Position numbers and translations under genes: made by a program. Shown piece after piece: positions 9,398 through 18,705 of a stretch of DNA of 64,000 nucleotides. Numbering within the stretch: position 1 is the stretch's first letter; the number at the start of each line of letters is the position of its first letter. The stretch is taken from NCBI RefSeq assembly GCF_900155685.1, contig NZ_LT732548.1, positions 2,050,301 to 2,114,300 on the forward strand, written 5' to 3'. The notes under the pieces are model-generated. The model ran no database searches, was not told where the DNA came from, and saw only the letters and a list, made by a program, of their open reading frames with translations. Source of the stretch: Paenibacillus bouchesdurhonensis. GTDB taxonomy: Bacteria; Bacillota; Bacilli; Paenibacillales; Paenibacillaceae.

Positions 9398-10411
9398 ATG
9401 AATCTGGATTTACGGCAGTATTCGGTACGTACGGATTTGGCAGTGGAGTCTAAAGAGCTTGCGGAGACGGTTCATGGCGGACCGGTTTCCGGCATTCATG
9501 AAGAAGTTAAGGAACTGGACGGAATTAAAATTACCCGGCTGGATGTAGAGAATGAGCAGGCTTCGCGTCAAATAGGCCGCTTGGTCGGGCATTATGTCAC
9601 TTTGGAGGTTCCAGGTCTTCGCAGTCATGACAGCGATCTTCAGGAGAGAGTAGCAGCAGCTTTTTCCGAGGAGTTCATTGCCTTTCTGGAGAAAATAGGC
9701 GTTCGAACTGGTGCGACCATTTTAATCGTCGGCCTGGGCAATTGGAATGTTACACCGGATGCCTTAGGGCCGCTTGTCGTCGAGAACATCGTAGTAACGC
9801 GGCATTATTTTGAGCTGGCGCCGGATCAAGTCGCTCCGGGCTACCGCAAGGTCAGTGCAATAGCACCAGGTGTACTTGGCATCACGGGGATTGAATCCAG
9901 CGAAATTGTGCAGGGTATTGTCGACCGTACGAAGCCGGACGTGATTATTGCGATCGATGCCTTGGCTTCGCGATCCTTGGAACGGGTTAATACGACGATT
10001 CAAATCGCAGATATCGGCATCCATCCAGGGTCAGGCATCGGCAATAAGCGCAAAGGATTAACGAAGGAAATTCTCGGCATCCCTTGTATTGCGATCGGCG
10101 TTCCAACGGTTTGCTATGCATCTACGATCGTTAATAACGTGTTCGATCTGATGAAGTCGCATTTTAACGGGGAAAACGGAAATGCGCAAAGCAATACGAA
10201 ACAAATTATGGGATTGCTAACAGATCTCAGCGAGGGTGAGAGATTAGGATTGGTTAAGGAGGTACTTGAGCCGTTAGGACATGATCTTATCGTGACCCCA
10301 AAGGAGATTGATGAGTTCATTGAGGACATCGCTAATGTCATCGCCAGCGGACTGAATATTTCCCTGCATCAGGCGATAGATAAGGACAACGTCGCAGCGC
10401 ATACTCATTAG
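9398..10411 (+). CDS. gpr: Germination protease (spore protease GPR)
   Basis: The 337-aa protein begins MNLDLRQYSVRTDLAVES…. Synteny places it between rpsT and spoIIP. Confidence 0.85.
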   Translation: MNLDLRQYSVRTDLAVESKELAETVHGGPVSGIHEEVKELDGIKITRLDVENEQASRQIGRLVGHYVTLEVPGLRSHDSDLQERVAAAFSEEFIAFLEKIGVRTGATILIVGLGNWNVTPDALGPLVVENIVVTRHYFELAPDQVAPGYRKVSAIAPGVLGITGIESSEIVQGIVDRTKPDVIIAIDALASRSLERVNTTIQIADIGIHPGSGIGNKRKGLTKEILGIPCIAIGVPTVCYASTIVNNVFDLMKSHFNGENGNAQSNTKQIMGLLTDLSEGERLGLVKEVLEPLGHDLIVTPKEIDEFIEDIANVIASGLNISLHQAIDKDNVAAHTH

Positions 10412-10574
10412 CTCTTAGAGGGGAGTACGAGTCCAAAGGGCGTGTGGCTGGCCGCTGCGTGTGATGACAGCCCAGGCAGCCTTGCTGGTGTGGGAAGGCT
10501 GTCCCCGAGGATCGTGCTCCTTTTTGTATTTACGGCTGAATGGAGCAGAGGGATGATCCATTTCGATCCTATGA

Positions 10575-10606
10575 AGTTCGCAATCTAGCGAACTTTATTT
10601 TTTTGT
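10575..10606 (+). terminator. Intrinsic terminator after gpr
   Basis: The hairpin is gaagttcgc-aatcta-gcgaactt, followed by tattttttt. Confidence 0.65.
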
Positions 10607-10693
10607 GAGAATAAAGGTTCTACTTTTCCGGACAGGTTCATAGATTTCAATTATAGAAAGTGGCACCCGGCTAAAGGAGGGCTTCACAAAAAA

Positions 10694-11974
10694 ATGAGAC
10701 GGTTTAGAACTTGGAATGTCGGCCGAATGAGACAGAATCTGATGCGCGTGCTTGCTATGGGGCATACGTTTGTGCTGTTGTCAGTATTATCAGCGGTATT
10801 CTTCCTGTTGCTTGGTGTAGGGGGGATTGCGGAGAAACAGCTAAATACCTCTCCAGTCTCCTCTATGAAAGGATTAGCTTCCTCGTTATCAAGCCGATTC
10901 TTTATTAGCATGGTCGGTATGGAATTGCCTCATATGGTGCCTGATAAGGAGATGAGCTCCATATCAGGCAAGCAAATGACGAATTTTGTATTTCAGCTGC
11001 TTACGGACGTAAATCCGTCCGATCCCAAAAGCCTGGTAGCACGGGAAGTGCCGGGTCTGGGTGCGGACAGCCCGATTTTATTGCGGACAGGCTCAGGAAA
11101 TAAGACAGTACAAGCTCCGGAGGATTATCACTCGGGAGCTGGTGCAGACGGAAGCAGTCCGGATCATCCGGAGCCAGACCATGCCGAAGAGCCCGATGCT
11201 GAGCCGATTAAACCATCAGCTCCTGAGCAAGACACTGCGGAAGATCAAGGCGAGCCCATTAAGCCAGGCAACAAAAATATTGTCATGATCTATCACTCGC
11301 ACCCGCAGGAATCCTTTAACCCTGTATTGGGCATAGATTCTACGAATCCCAGCTCATCCAAAGATATGATGAACGTAGGCTTGGTTGGTGACGCTCTGGC
11401 CAGAGAGCTTGAACGTAAAGGCGTTGCAACATTGCATGCTTATGATAATTATGCAGCGACTGTGCAAAATTACAGCTACAATTACTCCTACAAATATTCT
11501 CGGCAGACCGTGAAGGAAGCGATGGCTCAAAATGGACAGCTGCAATATTTTATCGATATTCATCGGGATTCCCAACGGCATGAGAAGACAACGACGGAAA
11601 TAAACGGTGCGTCCTATGCCCAGGTTTACTTCATTATCGGGCACGGGAATGAAAACTGGCGGGAGAATGAAGCCTTTGCCAGCTCCATCCATGAGCGGCT
11701 GGAGAAATCTTATCCCGGAATATCAAGGGGCATCTGGGGCAAGACTTCATCCCAAGGGAATGGCGAATACAATCAATCTCTTTCTCCTCAAAGCGTACTC
11801 ATAGAAATTGGCGGGATCGATAACACCAAAGAAGAGCTGGAGCGTACCGCCGGTGTATTAGCCGGAATTATTGCGGATATTTATTGGGAAGGACAGGAGG
11901 CGGAGAAGGCAGGCACTTTAACTAAAGAGCAGCCGGGTAAGAAGGAAAATCAAAAGCAAGTCGCAGCGAAATAA
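10694..11974 (+). CDS. spoIIP: Stage II sporulation protein P
   Basis: The 426-aa protein has an N-terminal transmembrane helix and the motif IVMIYHSHPQESF. Synteny places it after gpr. Confidence 0.8.
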   Translation: MRRFRTWNVGRMRQNLMRVLAMGHTFVLLSVLSAVFFLLLGVGGIAEKQLNTSPVSSMKGLASSLSSRFFISMVGMELPHMVPDKEMSSISGKQMTNFVFQLLTDVNPSDPKSLVAREVPGLGADSPILLRTGSGNKTVQAPEDYHSGAGADGSSPDHPEPDHAEEPDAEPIKPSAPEQDTAEDQGEPIKPGNKNIVMIYHSHPQESFNPVLGIDSTNPSSSKDMMNVGLVGDALARELERKGVATLHAYDNYAATVQNYSYNYSYKYSRQTVKEAMAQNGQLQYFIDIHRDSQRHEKTTTEINGASYAQVYFIIGHGNENWRENEAFASSIHERLEKSYPGISRGIWGKTSSQGNGEYNQSLSPQSVLIEIGGIDNTKEELERTAGVLAGIIADIYWEGQEAEKAGTLTKEQPGKKENQKQVAAK

Positions 11975-12013
11975 TAGAGCCGGGTAAATGCATTTTTCCA
12001 AGGGGGAGTCGCT

Positions 12014-12430
12014 TTGTCCAAAACGATGAAAAAGTCATTATTATACGGACTGTTGATCGTCATCGGTATTACATTTGGAATGCAGCTGGCGGAGTCGGGA
12101 ACGAACCGGATTCATAGCTCTGCCCCTGCTCGAACAGACCAGTGGTTTGATCCAGCTCCATCAGAAGCCTCAGGGTATATGGACAAACGGGAGGCATTAT
12201 GGGAGAGTAGGGCGGCGCAGATGTCGGCAGAATGGACAACGGCGGCAGCTGGATCAGACGCGACCCAGCCGGTGGGTACGGAGCGCTTGCAGACCCCGGA
12301 CAGCCTGCTGCTGCCGCCGCCGGAGCAGGCGCCCGTAGACCGTTTTGCAGATAAGGCAGCTAATTTATTACAGCAGGTGTCACAACGCAGCATATATTGG
12401 GTAGCCTCTTTGTTTAATTCAGATGGATAG
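12014..12430 (+). CDS. Small membrane protein in the syntenic position of B. subtilis yqxA
   Basis: The likely start is a TTG close after the RBS AGGGGGAG. An N-terminal transmembrane helix (LLYGLLIVIGITFGMQLA) is present. It sits between spoIIP and the inserted island. Confidence 0.5.
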   Translation: MSKTMKKSLLYGLLIVIGITFGMQLAESGTNRIHSSAPARTDQWFDPAPSEASGYMDKREALWESRAAQMSAEWTTAAAGSDATQPVGTERLQTPDSLLLPPPEQAPVDRFADKAANLLQQVSQRSIYWVASLFNSDG

Positions 12431-12565
12431 CCAACTGTGAAAGTTGAACTAACTCCGGAAACATTGATTTATGGATGGGAATAAATTTGTTATAATAAAG
12501 TTATATTTGTTATTGGCTCTATCAAACAAATTAACTATATGGAGTATGTCCGGAGGTAGTAATCA

Positions 12566-13651
12566 TTGAAGAAGGTAACGATGCAGCAAATCGCCGATCA
12601 TCTTGGCGTGTCTAAGTTTGTCGTCTCCAAAGCATTGTCCGGCAAGGGAGGCGTCAATGAAATGACGAAGGAGCGGGTCATTCAAGCAGCATCCCAACTC
12701 GGTTATTTCAACCAGAAGAATGGTTATGTGAAAAATGTAAGACCGAATGTAGGAACGGCTGCTGTTCCGCCGGGTAAGCAATCGGTTCTTGTCCTGATGC
12801 CCAATATCCGCTCTCAGAATAAAGAATCTCTCTACTGGGGCAAAGTATTGGAAGGGATATCGGATGAGTTGGAGGAGCAAAATCTTGGCATGATCATCGT
12901 ATCGGAGCCGCGAAACGACGTCATGATGAATATCATTAACCCTGAAGGTATTCTCGGGATGATCGGGGTAGGTCAAATCGCCACCAATCTGCTGCTGGAG
13001 GTGCATCGCATCGGGTTGCCGATGGTGCTTGTTGACCACGAGGATAATCTAATTCCCGCAGACTCGATATTTGCGAACAACGTCGATGGAACCTATCGGA
13101 TGGTTAATCACTTGATTGGACTCGGCCATAGAGACTTGTATTTTTTGGGCAACCTTAATTTTTCTAGGAGCTTCAGGGACAGATGGCTGGGTTTTCGGAG
13201 TGCATTGGAGGAGAACGGCCTCCATGTGCAAAGGCATGACGATCCAATGCTTCTTCTGGAAAGCGTAGAGACCGGAGGGTTCGATCAGGCTCTAAAGGAC
13301 TGGCTTAGCGCTAGGAAGCAATCCAAGTCATTGGCCTTGCCGACAGCATTAGTGTGTGCAAATGACTCTATCGCGCTTCAGACGATTCGGGTATTGAGTG
13401 AGCTGGGGCTTAGCGTACCTGAGGATATCTCAGTGACCGGATTTGACAATATTGATGATGCTGCCCGGTTCGAGCCTGCGATTACAACGGTGAGTGTTCC
13501 GAAGGAGCAACTAGGCAGGCGCGCGGTCACGAAGCTGCTGGATCGGTTGACCGATGCGAACAGAGCCGTAGAGAAATGGCTTATCTCAGTAGAGCTGTTG
13601 TACCGGAATTCTGCCTCCAGTCCGCGTGAAGAGGCGAATGTATCATCTTAG
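12566..13651 (+). CDS. LacI-family transcriptional regulator
   Basis: The N-terminal HTH reads MQQIADHLGVSKFVVSKALSG…VIQAASQLGY. A periplasmic-binding-protein-like effector domain follows. Confidence 0.8.
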   Translation: MKKVTMQQIADHLGVSKFVVSKALSGKGGVNEMTKERVIQAASQLGYFNQKNGYVKNVRPNVGTAAVPPGKQSVLVLMPNIRSQNKESLYWGKVLEGISDELEEQNLGMIIVSEPRNDVMMNIINPEGILGMIGVGQIATNLLLEVHRIGLPMVLVDHEDNLIPADSIFANNVDGTYRMVNHLIGLGHRDLYFLGNLNFSRSFRDRWLGFRSALEENGLHVQRHDDPMLLLESVETGGFDQALKDWLSARKQSKSLALPTALVCANDSIALQTIRVLSELGLSVPEDISVTGFDNIDDAARFEPAITTVSVPKEQLGRRAVTKLLDRLTDANRAVEKWLISVELLYRNSASSPREEANVSS

Positions 13652-13687
13652 ACCGCTCCGATAAGCATGGATTAGACATAAAATGAT

Positions 13688-13716
13688 AAAAACCTCGCCG
13701 ATTCGGCAAGGTTTTT
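13688..13716. terminator. Bidirectional terminator between the LacI gene (+) and the GH130 gene (-)
   Basis: The hairpin is aaaaacc-tcgccga-t-tcggcaa-ggttttt, with T/A runs on both sides. Confidence 0.6.
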
Positions 13717-13720
13717 ATTT

Positions 13721-14911
13721 CTATTGACCGTTTGCAGCTTCAAAGCGCTTGTTTTTATTAATCAGCTCGATTCTTTGCTCCACGCATGCATAGGAACGAA
13801 GCGGGTCTTCTGGCGTATGCAGCGCATAATCGACCAACTGATCGACGGTAGTCGTAGCTACGTGGATGCGTGTGTCGGAGGAGGCATAGTAGATATAGAC
13901 TTCTCCGTTATCCCGAGCGATGACTCCGTTACAGAATACGACGTTAGAGACGTCCCCGACCCGTTCCTCGCCGTCCGGCGCGATTAAGTGGCCGCCTGGG
14001 CTGTGAGTAATGCGGTGAGGCTCATTCAAATCGGTTAAGAACGCGTAGAGTACATATCTTAATCCGGCAGCCGTATTTCGAACACCATGGGCGATGTGAA
14101 GCCAACCAGCATCCGTGCGAATTGGGGCTGGGCCCTGCCCGTTCTTCACCTCTTTGATCGTATGATAGTGACGCTCATCTACGATGATCTCTTCGTCAAT
14201 GACCGCCTGCTCGATCGATTCGGACAGCCCCCAGCCGATCCCGCCGCCGGAACCTGCATCGATGAAGCCATCTTGTGGACGGGTATAGAAGGCGTATTTG
14301 CCATCGATAAACTCGGGATGCAGAACTACGTTGCGCTGCTGCGGCGACTTCGTCTTCAAATCGGGCAGACGCTCCCAGGTTGCAAGATCTTTTGTGCGGG
14401 CAATACCGCATTGGGCAATCGCGCTGGACAAGTCGCCTTTAGGCGCGTTTGGATCTTTGCGCTCTGTACAGAATAGGCCGTAAATCCAACCGTCCTCATG
14501 CTTCACAAGACGCATATCGTAGACGTTTACATCAGGCTCCTCCGTTTCCGGCAAGACGACCGGATGATCCCAGAAGCGGAATCCGTCCACGCCGCTCTCG
14601 CTCTCGGCGATAGCAAAAAAGGATTTGCGGTCGGCCCCTTCCACGCGAGCGACGAGATAGAACTTGCCATTAAGCTCAATTGCCCCTGGATTGAAGACGC
14701 AATTGACACCGATTCTTTCAGCGAAAAAGGGATTCGTCTCCGGGTTAAAGTCATATTTCCAAATTAATGGGGCATGCTCGGCGGTAAGTATAGGATAGCG
14801 ATAGCGGTCGTAGACCCCATTACCGAATGGAACCTTCTCATTCGGACGAGTGATCAAGGATTCATACTTTTTTGTTAGTGCGGCTTTTCTTTCTGCAAAT
14901 TTTGCGTTCAT
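13721..14911 (-). CDS. GH130 mannoside phosphorylase, of the ~395-aa type such as 4-O-beta-D-mannosyl-D-glucose phosphorylase
   Basis: The ATG at 14911 follows a GGAGG RBS. The length and sequence fit the long GH130 subfamily. It is the last gene of a three-gene minus-strand operon with the AGE epimerase. Confidence 0.7.
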   Translation of the reverse strand: MNAKFAERKAALTKKYESLITRPNEKVPFGNGVYDRYRYPILTAEHAPLIWKYDFNPETNPFFAERIGVNCVFNPGAIELNGKFYLVARVEGADRKSFFAIAESESGVDGFRFWDHPVVLPETEEPDVNVYDMRLVKHEDGWIYGLFCTERKDPNAPKGDLSSAIAQCGIARTKDLATWERLPDLKTKSPQQRNVVLHPEFIDGKYAFYTRPQDGFIDAGSGGGIGWGLSESIEQAVIDEEIIVDERHYHTIKEVKNGQGPAPIRTDAGWLHIAHGVRNTAAGLRYVLYAFLTDLNEPHRITHSPGGHLIAPDGEERVGDVSNVVFCNGVIARDNGEVYIYYASSDTRIHVATTTVDQLVDYALHTPEDPLRSYACVEQRIELINKNKRFEAANGQ

Positions 14912-14933
14912 GTTTACTGCCTCCATTTATTAA

Positions 14934-16139
14934 TTATTTGTTCAAACGGGCGATCATTTCCAGACATGCTCTTCCGTTATGATAAGGACATTTCCAGGCG
15001 CTGACCTTCGATTCATGGGTAATGGGGCTCCCGTCCTGACGTACGGCCCAGTGCCACTCCCCATGCACAGGATCGGAGATAAAGCGGCGAATGAACTGCC
15101 AGGATCCCTGAGCCGCCTTCAAAAATTTCGAGTCTGCCGTGAGTTGGTAAGCATTATAGAATCCGACCATAGCCTCGGCCTGCGGCCACCAATCTTTATT
15201 GGTATCGGTTAAGCCATGCTCATCCGCCTCATTCCACAGTCCGCCATCTTTGTCGACGCCTTTAGCAAGAACAGCTTCCGCCATAGCGATGGCAACTTGC
15301 TTGACGCGATCCAGCAGAGCGGGATTATCCTCCAGCACTTCTGCCGCCTCCACGAGAAGCCAGCTTCCTTCGATGTCATGGCCATAAGAAATATGAGTGC
15401 TCTTTACATTCCACTCCTCATCGAAGAAGAGATGAAAATGAGCGTTACCCGAATTGATGATGTAGTCCAGCGTAACCTCGATCAGCTCAGTCAGCTTCAG
15501 TTTTAGATGATCTGATTTCCATACCCGATACAGGTTGGTATAGGCTTCGAGCACGTGTAAATGGGTGTTCATCGATTTTTTCTCGTTCAAGTCCTTGTCG
15601 CTTAAGGTCAAATCATCGGTAACCTGCCAGTCGCGGGCGAGCGCCTCGATATAACCTTGATGGACGGTATCGTGGCTATGCTTCTCCAGCAGCTCGAATA
15701 ATTGTACAGCCTGCTGCACAGGTTCAGGATGTCCAGAAGCGAGATGGTATTCGGACAGCGCATAAATGACAAAGGCCTGACCATACACCTGCTTTTTGTC
15801 CTGAATCGGCTGACCGGTATAATCGACCATCCAGTACAGTCCTCCGAATTCCCGATCCGTAAAAACATCTTGTAGATAAGCATAAGCTCTGTCGGCGATT
15901 TGCAAATATCCAGCATTCGGATAAATGCGATGGGCCGCTGAAAATGTCCATAGAATCCGGGCGTTCAGTACGAGGCTTTTGGCCGCCTTGCCATTGATTT
16001 TCCCGACATGATCCATTTCGCCGATAAATCCACCGTTGGTTTCATCCAGAGTTCGCTCCATCCAGAAGCGCATAATGTTATCGTTCAGCTCGGCTTCGAT
16101 TTCTGCCAGCCAGGCAGCTGTGTTCGCTTGCTCAGTCAA
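14934..16139 (-). CDS. N-acylglucosamine 2-epimerase (AGE) family protein, likely cellobiose/mannobiose 2-epimerase
   Basis: The 401-aa protein has an (alpha/alpha)6-barrel AGE fold. It has a TTG start with a GAGGGAA RBS and overlaps the upstream gene by 8 nt. Its neighbourhood with GH130 is typical of the epimerase-phosphorylase mannan pathway. Confidence 0.7.
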   Translation of the reverse strand: MTEQANTAAWLAEIEAELNDNIMRFWMERTLDETNGGFIGEMDHVGKINGKAAKSLVLNARILWTFSAAHRIYPNAGYLQIADRAYAYLQDVFTDREFGGLYWMVDYTGQPIQDKKQVYGQAFVIYALSEYHLASGHPEPVQQAVQLFELLEKHSHDTVHQGYIEALARDWQVTDDLTLSDKDLNEKKSMNTHLHVLEAYTNLYRVWKSDHLKLKLTELIEVTLDYIINSGNAHFHLFFDEEWNVKSTHISYGHDIEGSWLLVEAAEVLEDNPALLDRVKQVAIAMAEAVLAKGVDKDGGLWNEADEHGLTDTNKDWWPQAEAMVGFYNAYQLTADSKFLKAAQGSWQFIRRFISDPVHGEWHWAVRQDGSPITHESKVSAWKCPYHNGRACLEMIARLNK

Positions 16140-17097
16140 TGCTCATTCCCTCATTTCTTTTCTTGGACGTGTAATAATCGAAAATAACCGATTCTGCTTT
16201 TTTACCGTAAACGCAGTAGCCGTCCTCCGTTGCCGCTTCCTCACGAGCATACAGCTTGGCCGGCCAATCCCACAGCATGAAGCCCTGAATCCAATCCCGG
16301 CTGTCGCAAGCCTGGAACATCGCTTCGTAGAATTTGACCTGCTCATCCTGATCGGCAGTCCCGACGAGCGTCCAATCGTTAGGGATGGCCGCCGAGCCGC
16401 TGCGGCTAGGACATCCGGCTTCCATGAAGAAGAAAGGCTTGCCGTACGTCTGAACGACTTTCTCGATACGGTTCAGCTGTGATTCCCAATCATTTGCCGG
16501 ATAATAGCCGCTGGAGGAAATGATGTCCAGGGCGTCCCACCAACCTACGTTATCCTCCTGATATTTATCGCAGTTATACGTAATAAGACCGGTGTATATT
16601 TTGCGAACCTCGGCAATCAGTTGGCGCCATTCGTTTTCCCGGCGATCTGTTTGTACCATTTCACAGCCGATACAAAGCATTTCGCATCCCGTTTCCTCAG
16701 CGATCCGGGCAAAATGAAGAATGTAGGCGCTATAAGAACGGAACCAATCCGACCATTTGGGCTCGCACGGAACATCCTTATCGAAAAAATTTATATGGGC
16801 ACGCCAGGTGCCGTCAGCACAGTTCACAATCGGCTTTAAACAAACTTTCAACCCCAAGCCTCTTGCTTGTCGAATGGCCCATTTCACCTCGTCATCGGAG
16901 ACCGTAGGTTCATCCCAGTAAGGGATCTCGGTCGAAAATGCGGTAGCTTGGAGTGCCGAGAAGGCGATAGCCGTCCAGTTGACAGCAGTAGTTCTAGCCA
17001 TTTGCTCCATAGATTTTCTAGCTTCGTCATTTGCCCATGTTCCGCGAGCGCCCATAAATCCCCACGTCATCCCGGCGATGTATTCCGGCATAATCAT
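16132..17097 (-). CDS. Glycoside hydrolase, TIM-barrel clan GH-A-like, with no signal peptide (putative intracellular GH113-like beta-mannanase/mannosidase)
   Basis: The 321-aa protein has no signal peptide. Candidate catalytic Glu residues lie in …CIGCEMVQT… and …FFFMEAGCP…. It is the first gene of the operon with the AGE and GH130 genes. The RBS is AGAGAGG. Confidence 0.45.
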   Translation of the reverse strand: MIMPEYIAGMTWGFMGARGTWANDEARKSMEQMARTTAVNWTAIAFSALQATAFSTEIPYWDEPTVSDDEVKWAIRQARGLGLKVCLKPIVNCADGTWRAHINFFDKDVPCEPKWSDWFRSYSAYILHFARIAEETGCEMLCIGCEMVQTDRRENEWRQLIAEVRKIYTGLITYNCDKYQEDNVGWWDALDIISSSGYYPANDWESQLNRIEKVVQTYGKPFFFMEAGCPSRSGSAAIPNDWTLVGTADQDEQVKFYEAMFQACDSRDWIQGFMLWDWPAKLYAREEAATEDGYCVYGKKAESVIFDYYTSKKRNEGMSID

Positions 17098-17261
17098 CGT
17101 ATCAGCCTCTCTTTGTTAGTAAGTGGTGGAGCATGCTCATTAGTTGAAATAAGCAGGTGATAAAAGGTCTTCTGTTAGATTTGTTAGCTAAATATTTATT
17201 TTGTTATATAACTAATTTATAGATGTTTTTGGCGAATAAATCAACTGTTAATTGTGGCGAA

Positions 17262-17290
17262 ATAAAAAAATCCGCCTCTAGGGCGGATCA
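17262..17290 (-). terminator. Intrinsic terminator of the minus-strand LacI regulator gene
   Basis: On the minus strand the hairpin is tccgcc-ctaga-ggcgga followed by ttttttt. Confidence 0.65.
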
Positions 17291-17298
17291 ATTGGTAT

Positions 17299-18333
17299 TT
17301 AAGAGTATGTTATTTTCGTAGGCTCAGTGCTTATCTCCCGTACCGATTGCCTATAAATGATGTTGCCCTGCACCATAACCCGGCCGAATCTGCGCTGTGG
17401 GTTTTCGATTTTATCCATAATGAATTTTACGGCCGATTTAGCCATTTGCTCGATATCCACTTCCAGCGTTGTAAGCTGTGGCGTAGTCAGCGTTGCATAA
17501 ATATCGTTGTCAAAGCCGACGACGGAGCAGTCCTCAGGAATGCTGTAGCCCATCAGCTTCAGCTTATCCACCAGCAGATAGGCGATTTGGTCGCAGTTGC
17601 ACACAAAGGCGGTCGGCAAAGGATCCGGAAGCGGAATGTCGACGAATTTTCCCTTCTCGTCCCGATCGTTCAAAATTAAGGCCTGATCCAGATGCATACC
17701 GTGTTCCAGCAAGGATTTATAGTATCCGAGAAAACGATCCTGGATGCTGCTGGTCGAGTAGATGTTCCCGACATAGGCAATTTTACGGTGACCGTTGCGA
17801 ACCAAATAATTCGTCATCTCGTAAGCTCCATAGAAGTTATCGGTAACAATCGAATCGATATCCGCATGTTCATCGTAGAAATCGAGGAAGATTTTTGGAA
17901 GTTCCATATTCTGGACGGTCTCGATATATTTCTTGCTGATTTGGCCCAGTACGATAATGCCGTCTACCTTCTTTTCACTGTAGACTCTCGGAAAGTTCAA
18001 CTGCTCCTCATCCTCATTGCTCAGGATGTTCAATATGCCGAAATAGCCGTATTGATCCAGGAGCAGCGAGATTTGCTGATACACACGCAAATAGAAGGAG
18101 TGAGACACCCCGGTGAACCTCTCTGGAATAAGCACGCCAATATTTTTGGATAGACCATCCTTAATGGATTTAGCGGCAGAGTTATAACGGTAACCCATTT
18201 CTCCAGCCAAGGCTTTAATCTTCTGTTTAAGTTCCTCGCTTACGCCTTCTTTATCGTTAAGTGCTTTGGATACCGTCACGCTGCTGACGCCAAGCTTATT
18301 TGCGATATCCCGCATCGTGATGTTGCTTTTCAT
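17299..18333 (-). CDS. LacI-family transcriptional regulator
   Basis: The second ATG follows the RBS AGGTGA. The HTH reads MRDIANKLGVSSVTVSKALNDK…. It is divergent from the sugar ABC operon. Confidence 0.8.
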   Translation of the reverse strand: MKSNITMRDIANKLGVSSVTVSKALNDKEGVSEELKQKIKALAGEMGYRYNSAAKSIKDGLSKNIGVLIPERFTGVSHSFYLRVYQQISLLLDQYGYFGILNILSNEDEEQLNFPRVYSEKKVDGIIVLGQISKKYIETVQNMELPKIFLDFYDEHADIDSIVTDNFYGAYEMTNYLVRNGHRKIAYVGNIYSTSSIQDRFLGYYKSLLEHGMHLDQALILNDRDEKGKFVDIPLPDPLPTAFVCNCDQIAYLLVDKLKLMGYSIPEDCSVVGFDNDIYATLTTPQLTTLEVDIEQMAKSAVKFIMDKIENPQRRFGRVMVQGNIIYRQSVREISTEPTKITYS

Positions 18334-18626
18334 GATTTCACCTGCCTTCAGCTCATACAAAGTTATAACTTTAAATACAACTACCTACAGGTAGTATACA
18401 TTTATATTTTTTAAAGATAAAGAAAAGTTTATAAAAAGTTAATAATTAGCTAATCGTTAACCTAAAAAAATAAAGTAAAGTTTATTAAAGGATATGAGAA
18501 CGCTGAGAGTTTAAGTATGTTCTTCAAGAAATTACTTATGATTCATCGGATGGTAGAAAAATGCCTAAAATGTTGGTCATATGATTGAAAACAGTGTATT
18601 GAACATAATTTAATAAAATTAAATGA

Positions 18627-18655
18627 TTGACGAGTAAGCGTATTCAGTATAATAT
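18627..18655 (+). promoter_or_regulatory. Sigma A-type promoter candidate (TTGACG -35, TATAAT/TAATAT -10) for the ABC/GH130/esterase operon
   Basis: A TTGACG -35 is followed 15-17 nt later by a TATAAT/TAATAT -10. A cre-like element, AGTAAGCGTATTCA, lies in the spacer. Confidence 0.45.
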
Positions 18656-18664
18656 TTGAATTGT

Positions 18665-18680
18665 AAGTTACCGATAACTT
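18665..18680 (+). promoter_or_regulatory. Palindromic operator candidate AAGTTAcCGaTAACTT immediately downstream of the -10
   Basis: It is a 16-bp inverted repeat with a central CG. This is the typical geometry of a LacI-family operator overlapping the transcription start. Confidence 0.45.
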
Positions 18681-18705
18681 AATTTATTAGAGAGGGGTTG
18701 CAAGT

